From NCBI RefSeq assembly GCF_963921235.1, contig NC_086108.1, positions 108,874,001 through 108,938,000 on the forward strand: a stretch of 64,000 nt of DNA, given 5' to 3'. The DNA comes from Mobula hypostoma. Its lineage: Eukaryota. A program made the translations under genes and the position numbers. Below are positions 25,506 to 37,256 of this stretch, piece after piece. The notes below the pieces were generated by a model. That model was not told where the DNA came from and searched no databases. It was given only the letters and a program-made list of their open reading frames with translations. Position 1 is the first letter of the stretch; the number at the start of each line of letters is the position of its first letter.

Positions 25506-26155
25506 AGCATGCTGGCCTTCACAACAAGGGGAATTGAATATAAGAGCAAAGAGGTCCTTCTGCAGCTGTACAGGGCCCTGGTGAGACCACACCTGGAGTA
25601 CTGTGTGCAGTTTTGGTCTCCAAATTTGAGGAAGGACATTCTTGCTATTGAGGGAGTGCAGCGTAGGTTCACAAGGTTAATTCCTAGGATGGCGGGACTG
25701 TCATATGTCGAAAGATTGGAGTGACTGGGCTTGTATACTCTGGAATTTAGAAGGCTGAGAGTGGATCTTATTGAAACATATAAGATTATTAAGGGATTGG
25801 ACACGCTGGAGGCAGGAAGCATGTTCCCGCTGATGGGTGAGTCCAGAACCAGAGGCCACAGTTTAAGAATTAAGGGTAGGCCATTTAGAACAGAGTTGAG
25901 GAAAAACTTTTTCACCCAGAGAGTGGTGGATATATGGAATGCTCTGCCCCAGAAGGCTGTGGAGGCCAAGTCTCTGGATGTTTTCAAAAAAAAAGATGGA
26001 TAGAGCTCTTAAAGATAGCGGAATCAAAGGTTATGGGGAGAAGGCAGGAACGGGGTACTGATTGTGGATGATCAGCCATGATCACAGTGAATGGCGGTGC
26101 TGGCTCGAAGGGCCGAATGGCCTACTCCTGCACCTATTGTCTATTGTCTATTGTC
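25506..26155 (+). mobile_element. CR1 LINE 3' fragment, young, inserted in a minus-strand Rex-like remnant
   Basis: ORFs 25461-25724 and 25731-26003 (RPHLEYCVQFWSP, KNFFTQRVV); (CTATTGT)n tail. Confidence 0.92.
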
Positions 26156-28601
26156 AGTGAGAAGAGGGCATGTCCTGGGTGGTTAGGGGCCTTCATAACA
26201 AAAGCTGCTTTGTTGAGGCATCTCTTGAAGATGTCCTTGATCGTAGGGAAGGTTGTACCCATGATGGAGCTGACTGAGTCTACGACCCTCTGTAGCTTTC
26301 AATCCTGAGCATTGGCATCTCCATGCCAGACGGTGACGCAACCAGTCAGAATGCCCTCCACTGTACATCTGTAGAAATTTGCTGGGGTGTTTGGTGACAG
26401 ACCAAATCTCCCCAAACTCCTAATGAAGCAGAGCCACTGGTGTGTCTTTAGATTTAATTCTCTTTAGATGAGGACCAAATCCTCTTGCACTTCAGAACAG
26501 AGCTGCAGTGAAAGTCTATGCTAAAGACTTTCTGCTGGTTACTGCAGTTCCAAAGTGTGATCTTAATGCAAACTGTAAATCGCAGCACAAAAGAGGCATT
26601 CTGGTAATCCGGACAAAGGGGGCAATTTTATTACCTAAATAACTTTCCTGCAGGCTTGATCTATAGAGGGTACAAATGTTGCAATTAGGCTTTAGTCCAC
26701 AAGAAAAGCACAGCAAGTGTGTTCCTATTGTAATACTATTGTCTTGTCATTTTTTTCTTTCCTATAGAGTTAATGATAACATTCCTTTATACAGTGCTAT
26801 CTTTTTGTCATCTCTCTCCTCATGTAGACATATCTCTCTCCTTATGTAGACATATGTGCATCTTTAACTATTCATAGGTGTGAGATATGCTGATCAACAT
26901 TTATTGTTTGTCCTTGATTTCCTCAGCTTTTCGCAAAGAGTCAAAGTCAAGTTTATTGTCAGATTCACAAGTCCGTGTGTGCACAGGTAAGATGACAAAC
27001 TTACTAGCAACAGCAGTAGATAAGCTGAATTCACAAGAAAACATAAATTACACACAAATTAGTTCAAATTTACTGTTATTCAACTGTAGACATGTACACT
27101 GCCAAACAAAGCAATACTTCTCAGGACTAAGATGTGCCACACAATACATATAACTCACACACAACACATAAAGTAATATTATCACAAATAATAAGGTGCA
27201 TTTACAACGCCTTAAAAAGTAAACTGTATAACACTACTGGCACTCTGTACGTGATGAGATCTGAGTGGGAGGTGTTCAGTAGCCAGAGGAAGACGTTTCC
27301 CTTCCTATGATACGTCTTGTTTGATGGTAAGGGCCAAAGAGACTGTTGGATGGATGGGAGGGATTCTTGACAATGTTCCGATGCAGCACTCCTGATAAAT
27401 ATCTCTGATGGGTGGAAGACAGGGTCACTGATGATCCTCTCAGCAGTCCTCACAAAACTTTGTAGGGTCTGGCGGACAGATGCCTTGCAATTCTTGGACC
27501 AGTCAGAGATGCAAGTGGACAGGACGCTCTCGATGGTGCTCCTGTAAAAATTGGTTAGAATGGGTGGGGGAAGATTTACTCACCTCAATCTCCTCTGGAA
27601 GTGGAGATACTAAGGTGTTTTTTTGACTAAGGAGGTGGTGTTGAGTGAGCAGGTGAGATCTTTCATCATATGCACTCCCAGAAACTTGTTGCTCCTAACT
27701 GTCTCCATGGAGGAGCTGTTTATGTGCAGTGAGGGGTGGCCAGCCTGAACCGTCCTGAAGTCCACAATCATCTCATTCGTCTTGTCCACAAGTTGTTGTG
27801 CTTGCACCATTTTACAAGCTGCCCTACCTCCTCCCTGTATGCTGTCTTGTCATCATCGTTGATGAGGCCAACCATTGTGTTATCAGCAAACTTGACTTAG
27901 TGCGAACTGGATCTAGCAGTACAATTCTTCGTCAGCATCGTGGACAGCAGTGGGCTGAGCATGCAGATCTCGGGGATGAGGGTCGGGGTACTGGCGCTCA
28001 GTGTGATGGAGCTGAACATGTGGCTGCCAGCATGAACTGGCCGTGGTCCTTCTGTCAAGAAGTCCAAGGTCCAGTTGCAGAGAGAGGTTTTGAGACCCGA
28101 TGAGGACACTTTATACACCAGCTTCTGATGGATGATCATATTTAACACTGAGCTAAAGTCGATAAACAGCATCCTGGTGTATGAGGCACCATTTTCCAGG
28201 TGGGCAGCTCAGAGTGGAGTGCAGAGGCTCTGGCAACATCAGTAAACTGAAATGAATAATAAACAAACTAGGAAGAGTCTAATGTAACACACATAAAAGT
28301 TGCTGGTGAACGCAGCAAACCAGGTAGCATCTACAGGAAGAAGTACAGTCGACGTTTCGGGCCGAGACTTTTCGTCAGGACTAACTGAAAGAAGAGCTAG
28401 TAAGAGATTAGAAAGAGAACCCAAGCTGGGTCCACAGAAAACAAGTCATCACTAAACTCACGTGCAGAGACACTGAATGCCCAGTAAACCCTGTCAATTT
28501 AACCCATGCAGTCCCAGGCATACAAATACCAGGTAATGATGTTTAAAAATGTCATTACCCTCAGAAGTACATGCCTCTCATTATCCTGGTTCATGGGAAA
28601 A

Positions 28602-28714
28602 ACACAAGCCAGGCTTGATCAACTCTGGCTGGGTCACCTCGGGGAGGGTGTCTAATGATTAAAGACCCGAAACATCCAACGATCCGAGGATGCATTACTG
28701 ATGATGTGTCCCAG
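28602..28714 (+). ncRNA. Candidate non-circularly permuted hammerhead ribozyme, possibly the 3' end of an RLE-clade (HERO-like) retrotransposon
   Basis: GGGTGT-C-TAATG (28646-57) ... GACCC-GAAA-CATCC (28664-77) ... CATTA-CTGATGA-TGTGTC (28693-710); stems GGGTGT/ACATCC, TAATG/CATTA, CCTCGG/CCGAGG. HERO attribution is from memory only. Confidence 0.55.
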
Positions 28715-28922
28715 TGCACACCCGGTTTGTTGAACCAAGTGGTGTTGGACCACGATAATGAAAGGCATGGGCCAGATTCACCTGGCTTCACCACACGAGC
28801 CCATCCGCCATAGCATCTCATACCTCACCACTCAAAACTCCGCAGCCTTACCTCTGCCAGCCACCCATATACATCCACCAGCCCAACATTCAAACCTAAT
28901 TCTAAAGTAAAAAAAAGGTCAC

Positions 28923-29022
28923 ACACCCCCACAAACCGTAGGCACATCCCAATTAACCCAGGCAACACCCCCACAAACCCTAGGCACACCTCGATTAACC
29001 CTGGCGAAACCCCCACAAACCC
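28923..29022. repeat. 42-bp tandem repeat, ~2.4 units
   Basis: A(C/A)ACCCCCACAAACC at 28923, 28965, 29007. Confidence 0.85.
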
Positions 29023-29546
29023 GATGACCTGTGCCAGGAGGGGCAAGATCCAAGAAAGGCAAGTGTTGGACCTGGTTAATGAAGGCGTAGGCCAGATCAA
29101 AGTGGCAGGGTTGCGTGAATCTGAACCTCAAGTGAGGAGATCAAAAAGCACAAGAGGGCTGATTCGCCCACTGCCCGCATACTCTCAACCTTTCTAATCT
29201 CTTACTAGCTCTTCTTTCAGGTAGTCCTGGCGAAGGGTCCCGGCCCGAAATGTCAACTGTACCTCTTCCTAGAGATGCTGCCTAGCCTGCTGCATTCACC
29301 AGCGACTTTTATGTGTATTGCTTGAAATTCCAGCATCTGCAGATTTCCTCATGTAAGGGTCTAATGTAGCAGGGACATAGGATTTAATGTGATCCATAAC
29401 CAGCTGCTTTCATTATTCTTGACATCAGTACCACTGGACAGTAGTCGTTAAGACAGATTACCCTCTTGGGCACCAGGATGATGGTGCCGACCCTGTAACC
29501 TGTGGGGACAGTGGACAGTTCCAAGGTGATGTTGAAGAGGTTTGTT

Positions 29547-29738
29547 ACACACACTCCATACACCCACCCACCAATGCACACACACACATGCATAGACACA
29601 TGCGTGCACGAACACACATATACATACTCTCTCACACACACTCACACTCACACACACACACACATAATCACACACTCACACGCACAACGCACGCACACAG
29701 ACACAATCTTTCTCTCACGCACACACACACACACACAC
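29547..29738. repeat. Imperfect (CA)n microsatellite
   Basis: Directly visible. Confidence 0.85.
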
Positions 29739-30286
29739 AAATCTGACCCTAACTTTCAAAACAACCGGCTTCTCTCTGCTAATCGTGAATTCCGTGTTAG
29801 CGTTCCCAATTGTTGACTGTAATCGGATCTCAGAGTAATGGAGGGAGTTTCACGCTATTACTGCTTCTCATTCTTTCTATCCCAAGTAGGAATCCGGCTG
29901 CAAGAGTCAAGGAAGAGCCAGTCTCCTAAATTCCAACTTCTTTATATAAATCTCCTTAACTTGAGATCACTCGGTGCAAAAGGACATTTCATCTGGTCCG
30001 TAATTGGCATAATAATGAATGCCTGAACACATTTTTCAGTGTAATGCCCAGGAGCAACGACCATAATCCTTCAATTACACTTAAGAAGGTAACATCCAAA
30101 ATCTTGCAATTTAAATGCAATCTCTGTGCACTGTCACTAAACACTAACCCACCCCCACCCTCTCACTCCACAACCACCCCTTTAATTAGTACAGTGGAAT
30201 GTGATCTTCATAATAGCTCTCAGATTAAATAAAGATTTAAGTTACTTCATGCTTGCTTTAAAGAGAAAAAACAGATTGAAAGCAAG

Positions 30287-30485
30287 CAACACGCACAAAA
30301 CGTGCTGGTGAATGCAGCAGGCCAGGCAGCATCTATAGGAAGAGGTACAGTCGATGTTTCGGGTCCCAGCCCAAAACGTCAACTGTACCTCTTCCTATAG
30401 ATGCTGCCTGGCCTGCTGCGTTCACCAGCATTTTTTGTGTGTGTTGCTTGAATTTCCAGCATCTGCAGATTTCCTCGTGTCTGCG
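30287..30485 (+). mobile_element. Head-to-head PLE pLTR hairpin without cargo
   Basis: ~75-bp inverted arms joined inside the hammerhead stem II; probable TSD AGATTGAAAGCAAG / AGATTGAACACAAG (30273-30286 / 30486-30499). Confidence 0.82.
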
Positions 30486-30974
30486 AGATTGAACACAAGA
30501 GCGTTTTAAATCTGGAGTGAGGATTCTCCACCTTTGGAATTGTCCCAGATTTCTGATGGCACTGTGGAACAATAATTAGACCAACTGTAAACACAGGCAA
30601 TTCTGCAGATACTGGTAATCCAGAGGAACACACACAAAATACTGGAGGAATGCAGCAGGTGAGGCAGCATCTGTGAAAAAGAATAAACAGTCAGCATTGT
30701 GGGGTGAGAACCTTCAAAACTAAATCAGAAGGGGGAAGAAGACAAATTAAGCTGGTGTGGAGGGTACTAGACCACTTGCCTCACTGATGGTGTACAGAGG
30801 GATCTTGGGGTCCAAGTCCTGGCTTCCTGTGATAGCGGTTAACAGGCTCATAAAGAAGGTGTTCGGCATGCTTGCCTTTATTACTCAAGGCACTAAATTC
30901 AAAAGACTGGTCCAGATCCAGAAAAAGGATCTTGATGTGAAACATTGATCATCCATTTCTCTCCATAGATGCTG

Positions 30975-33880
30975 AAGAGTGCTGTCAAACAGGCAGATCT
31001 GGGAATACAGATCTATATTTCCTCGAAAGTGGAAGATAAGGTCAAAAAGAAAGCTTTTGGCATATCGACCTTCATAAATCAACGTATTGAATACAGAAGT
31101 TGGAATGTTATGTTGAATTTGTACAAGACATTCATGAGGCCTAATTTGGAGCATTGTGTCCGCTTACCTACAGGAAAGATATCAATATGATTGAAAGAGT
31201 AAGAGCAGGATAGATCACAATTCTAGCTCCTTTACCATAACATTTGAAAGGGATAGGAACAGACAAGTTAGAGAAACGTTTAATTAGAGTAAGGGGAACT
31301 ATGAGGCTATCAGGCAGGAACTTGGAAGCATAAATTGGAAACAGATATTCTCAGGGAAATGTACGGAAGAAATGTGACAAATACTCAGGGGATATTTGCG
31401 TGGGGTTCTGAGTAGGTACATTCCAATGAGACATGGAAAGGATGGTAGGGTACAAGATCCGTGGTGCACAAAGGCTGTTGAAAATCTAGTCAAGAAGAAA
31501 AGAAGAGCTTACGAAAGGTTCAAAAAACTAGGTAATGATAGGAATCTGGAAGATTATAAGGCTAGCAGGAAGGAGTTTAAGAATGAAATTAGGAGAGCCA
31601 GAAGGGGCCATGAGAAGGCCTTGGAGGACAGGATTAAAGAAAACCCCAAGGTATTCTACAAGTATGTGAAGAGCAAAAGGATAAGATGTGAGAGAATACA
31701 ACAATCAAGTGTGACAATGGAAAAGTGTGTATGGAACCGGAGGAAATAGTGGTGGTACTTATGAATACTTTGCTTCAGTATTCACTATGGAAAAGGATCT
31801 TGGCGATTGTTGGGATGACTTGCAGTGGACTGAAAATCTTGAGAATGTAGATATTAAGAAAGAGGATGTGCTGGAGCTTTTGGAAAGCATCAAGTTGGAT
31901 AAGTCACCGGGACTGGATGGGATGTACCCCAGGCTACTGTGGGAAGCGAGGGGGGAGTTTGCTGAGCCTCTGACAGTGATCTTTGCATCATCAATGAGGA
32001 CGGGAGAGGTTACGGAGGATTGGAGGGTTGCGGATGTTGTTCCCTTATTCAAGAAAGGGAGTAGAGATAGCCCAGGAAATTATAGGCCAGTGAGTCTTAC
32101 TTCGGTAGTTGGTAAGCTGATGGAGAAGATCCTGAGAGGCAGGATTTATGAATATTTGGAGAGGCATAATATGATTAGGAATAGTCAGCATGGCTTTGTC
32201 AAAGGCAGGTCGTGCCTTACGAGCCTGATTGAATTTCTTGAGGATGTGACTAAGAAGGTAGAACCGTACATGTAGTGTCTAGGGATTTTAGCAAGGCATT
32301 TGATAAGGTACCCCATGCAAGGCTTATTGAGAAAGTAAGGAGGCATGGGATCCAGGGGGACATTGCTTTGTGGATCCAGAACTAGCTTGCAAACTGAAGG
32401 CAAAGAATGGTTGTAGATGGGTCATATTCTGCATGGAGGCTGGTGACCAGTGTTGTGCCTCAGGGATCTGTTCTGGGACCCCTACTCTTTGTGATTTTTA
32501 TAAATGATCTGGATGAGGAAGTGGAGGGATCGATTAGTAAATTTGCTGATGACACAAAGGTTGGGTGTGTTGTGGATAGTGTGGAGGGCTGTCAGAGGTT
32601 ACAATGTGACATTGATAAGATGTAAAACTGGGCTGAGAAGTGACAGATGGAGTTTAACCCAGATAAGTGTGAGGTGATTCATTTTGGTAGGTCAAATATG
32701 ATGACAGAATATAGTATTAATGGTAAGTGTGGAGGATCAGAGGGATCTTGGGGTCCGAGTCCATAAGACACTCAAAGCTGCTGCGCAGGTTGACTCTGTG
32801 GTTAAGAGGGCATACGGTGCATTGGCCTTCATTAATCGTGGGATTGAGTTTAAGAACCGAGAGGTAATGTTGCAGCTATATAGGACCCTGGTCAGACCCC
32901 ACTTGGAGTACTGTGCTTAATTTTAGTCGCCTCACTATAGGAAGGACGTGGAAACCATAGAAAAGGTGCAGAGGAGATTTGCAAGGATGTTGCCTGGATT
33001 GGGGAGCATGCCTTATGAGAATAGGTTGAGTGAACTCGGCTTTTTCTCCTTGGAGCGACGGAGGATGAGAAGTGACTTGATAGAGGTGTACAAGATAATG
33101 AGAGGCATTGATAGTGTGGATAGTCAGAGGCTTTTCCCCAGGACTGAAATGGCTAGCACGAGAGGGCATAGTTTTAAGGTGCTTGGAAGTAGGTACAGAG
33201 GAGATGTCAGGGGTAAGCTTTTTATGCAGAGAGTGGTGAGTGTGTGGAATGGGCTGCCGGTGATGGTGGTGGAGGCGGAAACGATAGGGTCTTTTAAGAG
33301 ACTCCTGGATGGCTACATGGAGCTTAGAAAATAGACAGCTATGGGTAAAGCCTAGGTAGTTCTAAGGTAGGGACATGTTCGGGACAGCTTTGTGGGCCGA
33401 AGGGCTTGTATTGTGCTGTATGTTTTCTATGTGTCTATGTTTCCAGTACAGAGTAAATTTATAAGAACCTGACTTATAGGGAAAGGTTGAATCCTTTAGG
33501 ACTTTATTCCATAGAGTGTAGGAGAATGAAGGGGATTTTAGAGGTATACAAACTATGAGGCATTTAGATAGGGTAAATGAAAACTGACTCCTTCTATTGA
33601 GATTGGGTGAGATTGGAACTAGTGGTCATGGGTTAAGTGAAAAAGGTTAAATGTTTAAGGGGAACATGAGGGGGAACTTCTTTGAACAGAGGGTGGTGAG
33701 CGTGTGGAATTTGCTTCCAGTGGAAGTGGTGGATGTCAGTTCGATTTCAATATTTAACAGAAATTTGGATAGGTATATGGAAGGGAGGGGTATGGAGGGC
33801 TATGAACCACGTGCAAGTCAACAGGACAAAACAGAATAACAGTTTGACATGGACCAATTGGGCCAAAGAGCCTGTTTCTT
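30975..33880 (+). mobile_element. Old CR1 3' fragment (30975-31200 and 33443-33880), split by a younger CR1
   Basis: ORFs 30969-31190 and 33651-33839 are consecutive parts of the ORF2 C-terminus. Confidence 0.75.
31201..33442 (+). mobile_element. CR1 LINE, 5'-truncated 2.2 kb (end of endonuclease region + RT + 3' UTR)
   Basis: ORFs 31396-33334 with [31 protein letters not shown]; several stops and frameshifts. Confidence 0.95.
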
Positions 33881-35458
33881 TGAAAGGGAGAATATAACTA
33901 CAGCTGTGAAGATCCCCATTGCACCCAGTGAGTTTGTGATCTCTGTCTCAGAGGCCGATGTCAGACTGTCTTTAAAGGGGGTGGACCCTCGCAAGGCGGA
34001 AGGCTCTGACGGAGTACCTGGTAAGGCTCTGAAAGCATGTGTCAACCCACTGGCAGGAGTATTCAGGGACATTTTCAACCTCTCACTGCTACGGTCAGAA
34101 GTTCCCACCTGCTTCAAAAAGGCAACAATTGTACCAGTGTCTAAGAAGAGTAGTGTAAGCTGCCTTAATGACTAACACCAAATAGTACGCACATCTACAG
34201 TGATGAAATGCTTTGAGAGGTTGGTCATGGCTAGACTGAACTCCTGCCTCAGCAAGACCCTGGATCCACTGCGATTTGCCTATTGTCACCGTTGGTCTAC
34301 AGCAGACACAATCACAGTGACTCCTTATACGGCCTTAGATCACCTGAACAATACAAACACCTATGTCAGGATATTGTTTGTTGAACATAGTTCAGCGTTT
34401 AACACCATCATTTCCACAGTCCTGATTAATAAGTTAAAGAAACTGAACCTCAGTACCTCTCTCTGCAATTGGATCCTTGACTTCCTAACCGTAAGACCAC
34501 AATCTGTGCTGATTGATAATAATATCTCCTTCTTGCTGATGATCAACACTGACGCATCACAGGGATATGTGCTTAGCCCACTGCTCTACTCTCTATAGCC
34601 ATGAATGTGTGGCTAGGTATAGCTCAAATGTCATCTGTAAATTTGCTGATAATACAAACATTATTGTGTGTTGGCGCATGGCCAAGTGGTTAAGGCGTTC
34701 GTCTAGTGATTTGAAGGTCGCTAGTTCGAGCCTTGGCTGAGGCAGCGTGTGTGTCCTTGAGCAAGGCACCTAATCACACATTGCTCTGCGACGACACCGG
34801 TGCCAAGCTGTATGGGTCCTAATGCCCTTCCCTTGGACAACATTGATGTCGTGCAGAGGGGAGACTTGCAGCATGGGCAACTGCTGGTCTTCCATAAAAT
34901 CTTGCCCAGGCCTGCGCCCTGGAAACCTTCCAAGGCGCAAATCCATGGTCTCATGAGACTAACAGATGCCTACAAACATTATTGGTAAAATCTCAGATAG
35001 AGATGAGAGGGCTTACAGGAGCAAGGTATACCAGCTGGTCAAGTGGTGTCACAGCACTGATCTGCACTTAAAGTCAGTAAGACGAAAGAACTGATTGTGG
35101 ACTTCAGGAAGGGTAAGATGAGGGAACACGAGCCAATTCTCATAGAGGAATCAGAAGTGGAGAGAAAGAGCAATTTCAAGTTCCTGGGTGTCAAAATCTC
35201 TGAGCACCTAACCTAGTCCCAACATGTCAATGCAACTATAAAGAAGGCAAGACAGCAGCTATATTTCATTAGGAGCTTGAAGAGATTTGGTTTGCAACCT
35301 AAAACAATCGAAAACTTCTATAGATGTACCGTAGAGAGCATTTTGACAGGTGCATTACTGTCTGGTATGGTGGCAGGGAGACTACTGCACAGGGTCGAAA
35401 GAAGCTACAGAAAGTTGTAAAATTAGTCAGCTCCATCTTGGGTACCAGACTCCGTAGT
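33880..35458 (+). mobile_element. Rex-like RT remnant
   Basis: ORFs 33849-34175 (VPTCFKKATIVPV..CLND) and 34200-34598 (SSAFNTI, LCNWILDFLT); 3' UTR resumes ~35945-36152 after a CR1. Confidence 0.85.
34667..34970 (+). mobile_element. tRNA-derived SINE (family A)
   Basis: A-box TGGCCAAGTGG, B-box AGTTCGAGCC; perfect 14-bp TSD TACAAACATTATTG (34653-34666 / 34971-34984). Confidence 0.92.
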
Positions 35459-35945
35459 AGAACATAGAACATAGAAATCTACAGCACATTACAGGCCCTT
35501 TGGCTCACAACGTTGTGCAACCTACTCTAGAAACTGCCTAGAATTTCCCAAGCGTATAGCCCTCTGTTTTTCTAAGTTCCATGTACCTATCCAAGAGGAT
35601 CTGAAATGACTCTATTGTATCCGCCTCCACCACCATCACTGGCAGTGTATTCCATGAACCTATCACTCTCTGTGTGAAAAACTCACCCCTGACGTCCCCT
35701 CAGTACCTATTTCCAAGCACCTTAAAACGATGCCCCCTCATGTTAGAGATTTCAGCCCTGGAAAAAGCCTCTGATTATCTACACGATCAAGGCCTCTCAT
35801 CATCTTATACACCTCTGCAGGTCACCTCTCATCCTCCGTCGCTCCAGGAAGAAAAGGCTAAATTCACTCAACCTATTCTCGTAAGGTACACCCTCTAATC
35901 CAGGCAACATCCTTACAAATCTCCTCTGCAGTCTCTGTATAGTAT
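35459..35945 (-). mobile_element. CR1 3' fragment
   Basis: (AGAACAT)n tail in reverse; similar to reverse complement of 32960-33440. Confidence 0.8.
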
Positions 35946-36487
35946 TGAACCCATAAGCACTATCTCACTTTTTTATTATTTCTGTTTTGTACTATTGTCA
36001 ATCTAACTACTTAATACATCTATATACTGTAATTGATTTACTTATTTTTTTCCTTTCTATATTATCATGTATTGCAACTGACTGCTGCTGCTAAGTTAAC
36101 AGATTTCACAACACATGCCGGTGGTTATAAACCTGATTCGGATTCTGATTCTGTGCTGTCTTGATCCATGACTCTATGATGCCTGACTAGCTGAGTTCCT
36201 CCAGCACTGTGTGCTGCACCAGATCTCTAGCACTTGCAGTCTCCTGTGTTCTGTATTCAGGAAGATTTATCATCACTGACAGAAACAATATGAAATTTGT
36301 TGTTTTGCAGCAGCAGTACGGTGCAAAGGCATAAAATTACAATAAATTATACAAATAAATAACTAGTCAAAACAAGGTCATGTTCGTGGGTTCATGGACC
36401 ATTCAGATATCCGATGGCAGAGGGAAGAAGATGTTCCTAGTGCATTTCACCTAAATGTCAGATCTAGATCTGAATCTAAAATGTTAA

Positions 36488-37045
36488 TAGAACATAGAAC
36501 ATAGAACAGTACAGCACAGAACAGGCCCTTCGGCCCACAATGTTGTGCCGACCCTCAAACCCTGCCTCCCATATAACCCCCCACCTTAAATTCCTCCATA
36601 TACCTGTCTAGTAGCCTCTTAATTTTACGAGTGTATCTGCCTCCACCACTGACTCAGGCAGTGTATTCCACGCGCCAACCACTCTCTGAATAAAAAACCT
36701 TCCTCTACTATCCCCCTTGAACTTCCCACCCCTTACCTTAAAGCCATGTCCTCTTGTATTGAGCAGTGGTGCCTTAGGGAAGAGGCGCTGGCTATCCACT
36801 CTATCTATTCCTCTTATTATCTTGTACACCTCTGTCATGTCTCCTCTCATCCTCCTTCTCTCCAAAGAGTAAAGCCCTAGCTCCCTTAATCTCTGATCAT
36901 AATGCATACTCTCTAAACCAGGCAGCATCCTGGTAAATCTCTTCTGTACCCTTTCCAATGCTTCCACATCCTTCCTATAGTGAGACGACCAGAACTGGAC
37001 ACAGTACTCCAAGTGTGGCCTAACCAGAGTTTTATAGAGCTGCAC
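36488..37045 (-). mobile_element. CR1 LINE, 5'-truncated, same subfamily as 620-1142
   Basis: ORF 36608-37045 MQLYKTLVRPHLEYCVQFWS. Confidence 0.93.
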
Positions 37046-37256
37046 CAGTTAAGTTTGGGTCTTTGGGTTTCTTCACGACAGATACTGCCTTCTTGAAGCA
37101 CCGCCTCTTGAAAATAGTCTGGATGGCGGGAGGATTGTGCATGTGATGGAGCTGACTCAGTCTACAGCCCTGTTTACCAGGGTTTGTTGGCATGGATTAG
37201 GAAAGGAGCGTTGAGGGTGAAATTCTCCCCACTCAGGAATGGAACCATGGAATCTG

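Larger units (their letters stand above)
28287..29354 (+). mobile_element. Inverted PLE pLTR pair enclosing ~770 bp of non-PLE cargo
   Basis: Minus pLTR 28287-~28415 and plus pLTR+tail ~29190-29354; TSD AAGAGTCTAATGTA / AAGGGTCTAATGTA (28273-28286 / 29355-29368). Confidence 0.82.
27050..29530 (-). mobile_element. Old Rex-like RT remnant, interrupted at 28287-29354
   Basis: ORFs 27897-28172 (MLFIDFSS..LCNWTLDFLT), 27610-27810 and 29384-29641 (CLNDYCPVVLMS). Confidence 0.75.

Noticed and set aside
25259..25987. 242-aa minus-strand ORF
   Set aside because: Antisense shadow of CR1 ORF2
34667..34745. tRNA gene (also near 2030-2104, 24375-24453, 49036-49100)
   Set aside because: A/B boxes are SINE heads fused to a body and flanked by TSDs, with no Pol III terminator after the tRNA-like part
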